A program made the translations under genes and the position numbers. The notes under the pieces were generated by a model. It was not told where the DNA came from and did no database searches. It worked only from the letters and a program-made list of their open reading frames with translations. From Klebsiella phage K64-1: DNA of 64,000 nt. The stretch lies in sequence record AB897757.1; one strand, 5' to 3'. Below are positions 56,391 through 64,000 of the stretch, in pieces. How positions within the stretch are numbered: the first letter of the stretch is position 1; each line of letters begins with the position of its first letter.

Positions 56391-56416
56391 AAATCCCCAC
56401 TTTGTGGGGATTTTCC
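56391..56416 (+). terminator. rho-independent terminator
   Basis: Sequence aaatccccac-ttt-gtggggatttt. Confidence 0.6.
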
Positions 56417-56435
56417 TTATATAAGGACAATGAGT

Positions 56436-56561
56436 ATGCACCATTTATTTGAAGCTTTTTTGGATATTGTTACCTGTGTTATTCCATCTACTAAGAAAGG
56501 TACTATCATTTTTCTTGGTATTATCCTATTATTGACAATTGGCTATTTCCTCACTGCATAA
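56436..56561 (+). CDS. small hydrophobic peptide (41 aa); not in the track
   Basis: RBS aaggacaatgagtATG. The product MHHLFEAFLDIVTCVIPSTKKGTIIFLGIILLLTIGYFLTA has one TM helix. Confidence 0.3.
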   Translation: MHHLFEAFLDIVTCVIPSTKKGTIIFLGIILLLTIGYFLTA

Positions 56562-56623
56562 GGAGTTATAATGAAAAAATTAATCAGAGGTAGAATGACA
56601 TTTCATTAAGTTAAACTAACTTA

Positions 56624-57187
56624 ATGGAGATCATATACATGTTTTTCAACCAAACTTTCGTTTTGTATCATGACAACGGTAATGTAGAAATTACTGATGA
56701 TTTATTAAAAACAGTACAGAAATATGGTGGCTCAGAAAAATTTCATAGTCTAATGAAATTTAATCTAGGTTCTTTTGAAGAACGAAAAAGAAAGTATTAT
56801 CGTCCTAACGGATATTTTGATTATGAATTCACAAATCATATAGGCTTTTTTCTTTGTAATGAAAAAGGATTACTTATTTCTCCTGATTTATTTTATGGTG
56901 AATATGAAGTAATCTGGAATAAGTACTGGGAACAGAGAAATCATACTCGTACTATGCATTTCAAACATAATAGATCATGGGTTCATAAACACAATAACAC
57001 TCGTTATAAACACCCGCAAACAATGAATGCTCGTAGAGCATCATGTGCAGTATTAAAAGAAGAAGGTGAACCTGAATTTCGAGGTAAACGTAAGGTACGT
57101 TCTATTCCAACGTTGTGGGATGATAAAAAAACTCGTCACGGTACTGGATGGAAGTATAGTACAAAACGCAAACATCAATACAAATAA
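56624..57187 (+). CDS. hypothetical protein with a basic C-terminus
   Basis: ORF of 187 aa. Confidence 0.5.
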   Translation: MEIIYMFFNQTFVLYHDNGNVEITDDLLKTVQKYGGSEKFHSLMKFNLGSFEERKRKYYRPNGYFDYEFTNHIGFFLCNEKGLLISPDLFYGEYEVIWNKYWEQRNHTRTMHFKHNRSWVHKHNNTRYKHPQTMNARRASCAVLKEEGEPEFRGKRKVRSIPTLWDDKKTRHGTGWKYSTKRKHQYK

Positions 57188-57222
57188 TCCAAAAGGAGAA
57201 CATTTACGTTCTCCTTTTTCTA

Positions 57223-57588
57223 TTGGACAATTCAATGTCAAAATATAAAAAGAAAATTTTATCAAAAATAATTCATACTGAATCACTTGAAGATGATAAT
57301 TTGGATGATATTATTTCAGTACTACTACACTGGAAAGAACAATACCCAAATGAAGAATTACGTGTTGAATATGGTTCTTGTGGTTTAGACCCTTATGGTG
57401 GATATGATGAATATTATATTATCCGTGATTGTTTAGAAACTGATGAAGAATTTAATACAAGAGTTCAGTACGAAGAAGATAAATTAAGAACTAAAGAACA
57501 AAAAGAAATGGAACGTTTATTAAGATGTAAAACTTTAAACGAATCAAACAAAGAAAAGTTAATCAAATATATCGAGAAATATAAATGA
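57223..57588 (+). CDS. hypothetical protein
   Basis: ORF of 121 aa. Confidence 0.45.
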   Translation: MDNSMSKYKKKILSKIIHTESLEDDNLDDIISVLLHWKEQYPNEELRVEYGSCGLDPYGGYDEYYIIRDCLETDEEFNTRVQYEEDKLRTKEQKEMERLLRCKTLNESNKEKLIKYIEKYK

Positions 57589-58445
57589 ATCATATTACTG
57601 AAGAAAAAATTCTATATCACGCATTACATAATGGATCATTTACTTTACAAAGTTGTGATTATATTGGTCATACTCAGACATGTATTGATAATCTTTTGAA
57701 GTGTAAATTTCTTACATGGGAAACTAATAGTTTATGGAGTGATTATAAACATAATGATAGTTCTGAATATTATGACATAGCATTTCATCAGTATAAAATC
57801 ACCGAAACAGGTGAAGTTCGTTTAGCCATTTATCGTTTAGCTTATGCACATAAGAATCACAGAGATACTTCTAAACATGTGAAAAGGATGGAACAATTAA
57901 CAAAAGTATTGAAACAGTATTCTCTGGATATTGATAACTTCAAAAAGAATTGTACTAAAAATGAAGTGAAAGCAATTAATTATTATAAAGAAAACTATAA
58001 TAAAACGGTTGATATTGAAGAAGCGAAAGCTGTCGGTGATGCATTAAAACAAGCTATTCATCCAGTATTCAGTACTGAAAAAATTCAATACAAAAATTCT
58101 CATCTAAATGATATTGATTTCGGTGATGCAGTACTTAATAATATGTTCCAAATGAGTTCTATGCTTGGTGAAAAAGGTTATGATAAATCCAGAACATGGG
58201 ATTATGTTCTTCGTAAAATTAATGAAGAATTAGGTGAAATGACACTTGAAATGAATGTAGCAGATGGGTTATCATATAAAGAAGCAGGGAAAGATGGCGT
58301 AAAAGGTGAAGCCGTTGATTTAGCAATTTGTGCTATGGATATGTTTGCGTTAGAATGTCCAGGTATGAGTGCTGAAGAAATTGAGCGTGAATTTTTAACA
58401 TACATGAACATCAAACTAGCTAAATGGAGAAAATCAATACAATGA
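57585..58445 (+). CDS. hypothetical protein
   Basis: ORF of 286 aa. Confidence 0.5.
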   Translation: MNHITEEKILYHALHNGSFTLQSCDYIGHTQTCIDNLLKCKFLTWETNSLWSDYKHNDSSEYYDIAFHQYKITETGEVRLAIYRLAYAHKNHRDTSKHVKRMEQLTKVLKQYSLDIDNFKKNCTKNEVKAINYYKENYNKTVDIEEAKAVGDALKQAIHPVFSTEKIQYKNSHLNDIDFGDAVLNNMFQMSSMLGEKGYDKSRTWDYVLRKINEELGEMTLEMNVADGLSYKEAGKDGVKGEAVDLAICAMDMFALECPGMSAEEIEREFLTYMNIKLAKWRKSIQ

Positions 58446-58744
58446 ATAAATTTATTTTTGGCATGGTCTTGATTGGTACAGTACTGTTAAGTGGTTGTGT
58501 TAGTTATTTTGAATGTGATACTTATACACAATACTTACCATTTACTGCTAATGTTCCAGAAAATTGTTATCTTGTGAATAGCGAGATTACTGTTATTAAT
58601 GGTATTCCTTCGTTTGAATATATTTGCAATAAAGGAGAAGAATTACAAGAAGGTTCATCTCGTTCTCAATATTTAACTGGTTCTACCCCATATAAATGGC
58701 CTGTAAGTACTAAAGATATTATATTCATAGGTGGTGAAGAATAA
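58442..58744 (+). CDS. small lipoprotein
   Basis: Start at MNKFIF inside track ORF 58424..58744, with lipobox 'VLLSGC'. Confidence 0.45.
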   Translation: MNKFIFGMVLIGTVLLSGCVSYFECDTYTQYLPFTANVPENCYLVNSEITVINGIPSFEYICNKGEELQEGSSRSQYLTGSTPYKWPVSTKDIIFIGGEE

Positions 58745-59118
58745 TGCGTAAAATTGATTATGTAGCATTTTTATTAAAGGATGGTACTGTAATTGAAAAG
58801 CACATTATTCGTATGCCAGCGTATAATGAGAAGGGATGGTATAATAGTGTAGTTAGTATTGATGCATTCAACAATCGTGAGTCCGAACGATTTTATCAAA
58901 TTAGATGCGTTAAAAAGAAACCACTTCTTGGTTTATTATGCCATTTATATAGATTAACTGAATGGGAACGTGATACACAGTTATCAACTAATCGTATGAA
59001 AAAGTATGATCCTTCATATGAACACCCTTACAATTTAGTACCATGCATTGAGCATCAAAATGTGTTTGACTTTTATAAACACATCGGGTATGATTATAAA
59101 AAGAAGCGATACATTTAA
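58744..59118 (+). CDS. hypothetical protein
   Basis: ORF of 124 aa. Confidence 0.45.
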   Translation: MRKIDYVAFLLKDGTVIEKHIIRMPAYNEKGWYNSVVSIDAFNNRESERFYQIRCVKKKPLLGLLCHLYRLTEWERDTQLSTNRMKKYDPSYEHPYNLVPCIEHQNVFDFYKHIGYDYKKKRYI

Positions 59119-59129
59119 AGGTAAATTTA

Positions 59130-60332
59130 ATGAAACTTTGTAAGCATTGCCAGAAACCAAAATTCAAACATCAACGTGAAACACTGAATTGTCCAAGTCC
59201 AACTCGTTCATTGGCTGCGAATTTTAATAGTACAACTGTATATGATGAATATGAATCCGATCCAGTACATTATGCTATTGCACAAGTACAATTGAAAGCT
59301 GATATTGCTGAAATTACTGCTGGTCTTGATGAACTTCTTGCTAAAGGTGATATTAACGAACAATCATATAAAATGAATTTAGCAAATGCAACTGCCAATC
59401 TTACTCGTATTGCTGAAAATAGTAAGCGACCAGAAATTACAGAATCTAATTCAGTACTGTATGTTTCTTTTAACGATGTGGTGTATTTTTATGATGCACA
59501 ATGGGAAGGAAATGCAGTACTAGAAGGTGAAAAAGCAGTAGAAGATTTATATTTTTCTAATAAATTCAAAGAATATTATGATGCTGGTATTGTACCAGTA
59601 TTAGAAGTGCTAGATAATGAAAGCACTGAAATGATTAAAGTAATTTATAATGAAGAACGTGCTGAATTTATTTCTGATATTAGTCGTGATGAACATTTGA
59701 AAGAAAGAGATACAAAACAAGAAGAAGTATCTTTATCTGATTTGAATAATGATGATTTTGTACTTCCATTGCATGATAAACAATGGGTACTAAATACTAT
59801 TCGAAAAAATTCTGACGATGATTGTGATGTTGAAGAACTTGAATGTGCATTGAAAAGCTGTGATGGATCTGTTGTTCTTGGTAAACCAGATACAGAAAAC
59901 GATGGAACTTATCTAATGCTTGGTATGAAAACCAACGATGGTTTCCTTGAAAATGATTACTGTCTTCTTGATAGCATTTTGCTTAAAGAATGGAGTGTAC
60001 TTGAAAATTCAGGGTTGATTGAAATTGGTACTTTTGAAAGCCACATTGACATTGATGAAAGCAAAAATAAAGGCATTACTACTTTTATGTCTGAAGTAAT
60101 TGCACGTTCATTATTCAGTACTGAAGCATTGGATATCAAAAGTACTTCTGATTGTAAAGAATTCTTGAAATCAGAATACAATGTACAAAAAGCAAAACGC
60201 ATCAAGAAAGAAAAATGGGGTAAAATTGAGTACCGAATCTTTGAAGATGATAATGGTGAACAGTATACTATTGTCACTTACTGTGATAAGTTGATTTCAC
60301 ATTATCCATTTGCTTACAATGAGGATTATTAA
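59130..60332 (+). CDS. hypothetical protein
   Basis: ORF of 400 aa with an N-terminal 'CKHCQKP...NCPSP' Cys cluster. Confidence 0.5.
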   Translation: MKLCKHCQKPKFKHQRETLNCPSPTRSLAANFNSTTVYDEYESDPVHYAIAQVQLKADIAEITAGLDELLAKGDINEQSYKMNLANATANLTRIAENSKRPEITESNSVLYVSFNDVVYFYDAQWEGNAVLEGEKAVEDLYFSNKFKEYYDAGIVPVLEVLDNESTEMIKVIYNEERAEFISDISRDEHLKERDTKQEEVSLSDLNNDDFVLPLHDKQWVLNTIRKNSDDDCDVEELECALKSCDGSVVLGKPDTENDGTYLMLGMKTNDGFLENDYCLLDSILLKEWSVLENSGLIEIGTFESHIDIDESKNKGITTFMSEVIARSLFSTEALDIKSTSDCKEFLKSEYNVQKAKRIKKEKWGKIEYRIFEDDNGEQYTIVTYCDKLISHYPFAYNEDY

Positions 60333-60550
60333 TGATCATCTATGCTGTTCAGGAAATTGATTTTTATACTGAAGAATACGACAATCAAAAAATTCGTAAA
60401 TTATTTTTAAATTTAGACGATGCACTTAATTATGTAAAAACTACATATGATATTAAAATTACTAACGTTAATACATGTAAAACATATATAGAAAATGATG
60501 AAGAACGTGGAGAAGTTTCCGTTGGTATTTATGAAATGAGTGTGTTATAA
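60332..60550 (+). CDS. hypothetical protein
   Basis: ORF of 72 aa. Confidence 0.4.
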   Translation: MIIYAVQEIDFYTEEYDNQKIRKLFLNLDDALNYVKTTYDIKITNVNTCKTYIENDEERGEVSVGIYEMSVL

Positions 60551-60569
60551 TTAAATAATTTTTAACAAA

Positions 60570-60700
60570 CAAGAAAGTACTGTCGCCGTGCATCTGGGTA
60601 AAATCAGTATAAGTCCGTAAAGCACAATGCCAATACTCAACCATCTCCCTACTCCTTGAGATCTACCAAAGTTGAGGGTGGTAGTACTTTCACCTTTTTA
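60570..60700 (+). ncRNA. candidate structured small RNA
   Basis: About 150 bp, ORF-free and GC-richer. A long-range inverted repeat gaaagtact (60574-60582) / agtactttc (60683-60691) closes the structure and is followed by acctttttt. Confidence 0.25.
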
Positions 60701-60701
60701 G

Positions 60702-60947
60702 ATGAGAAATATTATGATTTTATTAATTATTACAGTACTGTTAGGATTTTTTAATTGTTTGATTTATTTAAGAATTGAAAAGAAAGAAGGATATTGCTTT
60801 CATAGTACAAAAGATGGTAAATTAGTTTCAATGTTTAGTATAGAATCTCCATCAATTTGTAAATTCTTTATTCTTTTACAATTCATCCCGTTTGTTAATA
60901 TTGTTTTCGCACTTTTATATTTCGTAGATATTCTTAATGGACATTAA
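60702..60947 (+). CDS. small membrane protein
   Basis: ORF of 81 aa with two hydrophobic segments. Confidence 0.4.
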   Translation: MRNIMILLIITVLLGFFNCLIYLRIEKKEGYCFHSTKDGKLVSMFSIESPSICKFFILLQFIPFVNIVFALLYFVDILNGH

Positions 60948-60949
60948 TA

Positions 60950-61606
60950 ATGAATATTAAAACAACAGCAGATAAGTACTGGTTCATTATGAACCACCCA
61001 AAATTTGTAAATAAAAATTACATTGTACCAAAAATCGAAATTGAACCACATAACGTATGTCCACAAACCAACAGAATTGAATCGTATGAATATTTGAATA
61101 CAAAAGTCCAGTACTGGATTGAATTTTATATCCCAGTGCAAGAAGATGGGAAATGGGAAATTGCACATGATTACAAACTCGATTGTGGTGGCGACACCAT
61201 AGATGAAGCAATTGACTGCTTATATAATTCAGTACTAAATGAATATGGAAATTATACACAAGAAGAACTTGACAAAAAGGAGGATGAAGTATATAATTAC
61301 AACAAATCCAAGTTTGGTAGTGCAACAATGTCATATATTTTATCTAAAATTCATGAAGACATGTTTGAATACGTAAATGATAAAATTTTGCCAGATGAAG
61401 AAGCGGAATGCTATAATCATAACACGGTTGGTTATTATGAAAAAAAAATTAAAGAATTAAAAGGAACTTTAAATTCATTGATCGAATTCAAAAGAAATTC
61501 ACCAAAAGAAATGCACAAAGTAATTGACAAAGATATAAAAAACGTAGAACATGACATTTTTGCGAATGAAATGAGTATTAAATTTATGGTGGATTTGGAT
61601 CTATGA
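60950..61606 (+). CDS. hypothetical protein
   Basis: ORF of 218 aa. Confidence 0.5.
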   Translation: MNIKTTADKYWFIMNHPKFVNKNYIVPKIEIEPHNVCPQTNRIESYEYLNTKVQYWIEFYIPVQEDGKWEIAHDYKLDCGGDTIDEAIDCLYNSVLNEYGNYTQEELDKKEDEVYNYNKSKFGSATMSYILSKIHEDMFEYVNDKILPDEEAECYNHNTVGYYEKKIKELKGTLNSLIEFKRNSPKEMHKVIDKDIKNVEHDIFANEMSIKFMVDLDL

Positions 61607-61971
61607 ATAAAGATCTTTCAAAATTAGTTGAAGACCTACGGAATATGCCGAAAATTGAACAAGTTGGTTCGTTTAAACGTTTCTTAGTTATTGCACGTGC
61701 ATTAGATAAAAAGGGACGTGTACTCAGTACCAAAACCAATTCATACACACAAACACATCCAGTACAGAAGAAGTTTGCAGTTAGGGCTGGACGGTGTGAA
61801 GCTGTATGGCTCCATGCAGAAATTCGTTGTTTGTTAGCTGCAAGAAAAGATGTTCATACATTACTAATTGCCAGAATTAACAAAGAAGGTCTTCCTGTTC
61901 CCGCAAAGCCATGTTCTGTTTGTGAACTGGCTATAAAAGAATATGGTGTAAAAAGGGTGATTTATACATGA
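61603..61971 (+). CDS. cytidine/dCMP-deaminase-fold protein (second CDA-family gene)
   Basis: ORF of 122 aa with 'WLHAEIRCLLAAR' (the H-A-E motif) and 'PCSVCELAI' (PCxxC), the minimal zinc-deaminase signature. Confidence 0.45.
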   Translation: MNKDLSKLVEDLRNMPKIEQVGSFKRFLVIARALDKKGRVLSTKTNSYTQTHPVQKKFAVRAGRCEAVWLHAEIRCLLAARKDVHTLLIARINKEGLPVPAKPCSVCELAIKEYGVKRVIYT

Positions 61972-62141
61972 AAAATATTTTTAAAAAAGAATATGATGGT
62001 GAAAGCCTTTGTGATGTTCAACGAGATGTTGTTGAAGCATTCAGTACAGTATTCAATCCAGAAATGATTGATATCCCAGTCGATGAATACGGATTTCAGG
62101 AAGGTACATTTGTTGTAAGTATTAAATGGAAGCCAGAATAA
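61968..62141 (+). CDS. hypothetical small protein (57 aa); not in the track
   Basis: ATGA overlap with the upstream gene. The product begins MKNIFKKEYDGESLCDVQRD.... Confidence 0.3.
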   Translation: MKNIFKKEYDGESLCDVQRDVVEAFSTVFNPEMIDIPVDEYGFQEGTFVVSIKWKPE

Positions 62142-62267
62142 TGCGTGATCTTATTATGTTCTTTTCTGCAATCATAGGATTATGTACTTATTATTTTTCC
62201 AATCATTATATTATAGCTATGGTATTTGCTATTATATATATTGCACTTTACAGTACTGACGACGAAT

Positions 62268-62291
62268 AAAAGCACCCCAGCGGTGCTTTTT
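62268..62291 (+). terminator. rho-independent terminator
   Basis: Sequence aaagcacc-ccagc-ggtgcttttt. Confidence 0.55.
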
Positions 62292-62350
62292 GTATTTGTA
62301 CAAAATATAATCTAAGTGACTTTTTATTGATTTAAATCAAGAATAAAATC

Positions 62351-62368
62351 ACCTTTTAGTGATATAAT
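62351..62368 (+). promoter_or_regulatory. promoter with extended -10 (TAGTGATATAAT) upstream of nrdD
   Basis: TG at 62360-62361 and TATAAT at 62363-62368. Confidence 0.4.
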
Positions 62369-62424
62369 ATGTTACGTAGCATTTAAATAAATCTACCACA
62401 TAATAAAAAAATCAAGGAAGAAAA

Positions 62425-64000
62425 ATGAATTCAAATAAATTATATGAAGATATTGAAAATTTTATTAATAATACAAATAAAGATATTACTACTGAAAATG
62501 CTAATAAAGATGCCAAAGTAGTTAATACACATAGAGATTTATTTGCTGGTATCCTTTCTAAACATTACGCCCAAGATACTATCCCAGAAGAATTTATTAA
62601 ATGGCACAATGATGGTTATGGACACTGCCACGATTTAGATTACTGGATCTCACCACTAACAAATTGCTGCCTTATTAATTATCCAGATATGCTTAGAAAT
62701 GGTTTTAAAATTGGTAGTGCTAACATTGAAGAACCAAAAAGTTTTTCTGTGGCTTGTACGGTACTAACACAGATTGTGCAAGCGGTTGCAAGTTCACAAT
62801 ATGGTGGACAATCATTAGCTCACATTGACAAATATTTAGAACCATATGTTCAAATGTCATGGAATAAACTATTAGAAAAACAAAAGAAATATAATTTAAG
62901 TACCGAATTCATTGAAGACGAATTAAAAAAAGAAGTTTATGATGGGTGTCAAACATTTTTATATCAATTAAACAGTACTGTGTCCGTGTCAGGTCAAACC
63001 CCTTTCATATCTATTAGTTTAGGTTTAAGTACTACTAAATTTGGACGTTTAATTACTGAACAATATTTAAAAGTTCATGAAAAAGGTTTAGGTAAAGATG
63101 GCATTACTCCAGTATTTCCGAAAGTTATTTTCTTTTTAGAAGATGGTATTAATACTAATAGTACTGATCCAAATTATGATTTAAAACAACAAGCATTACA
63201 TTGTAGTTCTAAAAGAATTTATCCTGATTTCGTTAGTGTTACATTGAATAAAGAAACCACAGGTAGTACTTCTGAAGCTGTTACTCCAATGGGTTGTCGT
63301 TCATTCCTTTCCAAATGGATAAATGAAGATGGTGAAGAGCAATATAATGGCCGTTGTAATTTAGGGGTGGCATCAATCAACCTACCGTTAATTGCTCTTG
63401 AAAGTACGTCAGACGCCGTTTTCTTTGACAAGTTACACCATCACATGGACATGGCATACCGCTTCTTATCACTTCGTGTAGAGCGTTTAAAAGACACAAA
63501 AGCCCGACAGAATCCAGTACTGTACATGTACGGAGCCTTAGCTCGTTTAGATCCAGATGAGACTATTGAGCAACTATTTTACAATGGTAGAAGTTCCATT
63601 AGTATTGGGTATGTTGGTTTATCTGAATGTTCTGAAATTCTTAAAGGAAAAATAGACAAAGATTTTGGATTAAAAGTACTAAAATATATGCAAATGAAAT
63701 GCAATCAATATAAAGAAGAAACTAATATCGCATATAGTTTATATGGAACACCAGCCGAGAGTTTGTGTTATAAATTTGCAAAAGCTATAAATGAGAAATA
63801 CCCCTCTGTATTGAATAGAGATTACATTAGTAATTCATTCCATTATCCAGTTCATTATGATATTTCAATTTTTGATAAATTTCAATATGAAAGTTTATTT
63901 GGAAATATCAGTTCAGGTGGTAATATTAGTTATGTTGAAACTCCAAATCTTTCTAATAATTTAAAAGCATTAGAAACAATAGTTGATTATGCTAGTACGA
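62425..64000 (+). CDS. nrdD: anaerobic ribonucleoside-triphosphate reductase (class III, NrdD), N-terminal ~525 codons; continues beyond the window
   Basis: RBS aaggaag. 'NKDITTENANKDAKVVNTHRDLFAGILSKH', 'NCCLINYPDMLRNGFKIGSANIEEPKSF', 'VASSQYGGQS', 'GITPVFPKV', 'DPNYDLKQQALHCSSKRIYPDF' and 'PMGCRSFLS' are colinear with T4 NrdD (NKDLLNENANKDSRVFPTQRDLMAGIVSKH ... NCCLVDLKGMLENGFKLGNAQIETPKSI ... VASHQYGGTT ... GITPIFPKL ... DPNYDIKQLALECASKRMYPDI ... PMGCRSFLS). There is no stop before 64000. Confidence 0.9.
   Translation, partial: MNSNKLYEDIENFINNTNKDITTENANKDAKVVNTHRDLFAGILSKHYAQDTIPEEFIKWHNDGYGHCHDLDYWISPLTNCCLINYPDMLRNGFKIGSANIEEPKSFSVACTVLTQIVQAVASSQYGGQSLAHIDKYLEPYVQMSWNKLLEKQKKYNLSTEFIEDELKKEVYDGCQTFLYQLNSTVSVSGQTPFISISLGLSTTKFGRLITEQYLKVHEKGLGKDGITPVFPKVIFFLEDGINTNSTDPNYDLKQQALHCSSKRIYPDFVSVTLNKETTGSTSEAVTPMGCRSFLSKWINEDGEEQYNGRCNLGVASINLPLIALESTSDAVFFDKLHHHMDMAYRFLSLRVERLKDTKARQNPVLYMYGALARLDPDETIEQLFYNGRSSISIGYVGLSECSEILKGKIDKDFGLKVLKYMQMKCNQYKEETNIAYSLYGTPAESLCYKFAKAINEKYPSVLNRDYISNSFHYPVHYDISIFDKFQYESLFGNISSGGNISYVETPNLSNNLKALETIVDYAST

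Noticed and set aside
1362-63431. Minus-strand ORFs in the track (for example 1362-1616, 8320-8565, 10994-11266, 14360-14758, 37310-37734, 44861-45220, 45391-45651, 49651-49851, 59957-60277, 63219-63431)
   Set aside because: Each lies entirely inside a well-supported plus-strand gene, has no RBS, and often has low-complexity translations typical of antisense frames in AT-rich DNA. Only 47837-48475 (-) is independent and domain-bearing.
1-64000. CRISPR arrays, tRNA genes, integrase/attachment sites, transposases
   Set aside because: I found no direct-repeat/spacer periodicity, no clear cloverleaf candidates with conserved T-loop GTTCRANYC by manual inspection, and no recombinase or transposase ORFs. 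tRNAs cannot be strictly excluded without tRNAscan-SE, especially in 23460-24130 and 60560-60700.

Overview
This window reads as a segment of a T4-like (Tevenvirinae-type) myovirus genome. It is AT-rich (roughly 30% GC by eye) and gene-dense, and almost every gene is on the + strand. Recognisable T-even accessory genes include RNA ligase 1 (rnlA), polynucleotide kinase/phosphatase (pseT), ATP-dependent DNA ligase, dCMP deaminase (cd), a PhoH-family ATPase, a Nudix hydrolase, a ClpP-like protease, a Hoc-like Ig-domain protein (the only minus-strand gene), and the N-terminal ~525 codons of anaerobic ribonucleotide reductase (nrdD), which runs off the end. A NAD+ metabolism island (NatV-like NMNAT/Nudix, NadV NAMPT, a Sir2-like protein, a second Nudix and a CPR-like domain protein) sits at 49.2-54.1 kb. 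Three features stand out. (1) The first ~20 kb is dominated by tandem paralog arrays, above all ~26 consecutive 130-220 aa genes (1.6-19.9 kb) that share a C-terminal [E-E-x-(Y/F)-F-Q-(Y/G/H)-S-T-L-Y] motif. (2) The palindrome AGTACT, often extended to CAGTACTG or TCAGTACTGAA, occurs at roughly ten times the composition-expected frequency across the whole window, in every reading frame and inside terminator stems. (3) There is a ~700 bp ORF-free region of higher GC (23.46-24.13 kb) full of perfect hairpins, preceded by a T4-late-promoter-like TATAAATA. Recurrent sigma70-like promoters of the form TTGACA-N16/17-TGTGATATAGT and many clean rho-independent terminators delimit transcription units. 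Two of these units look like small RNAs rather than genes.
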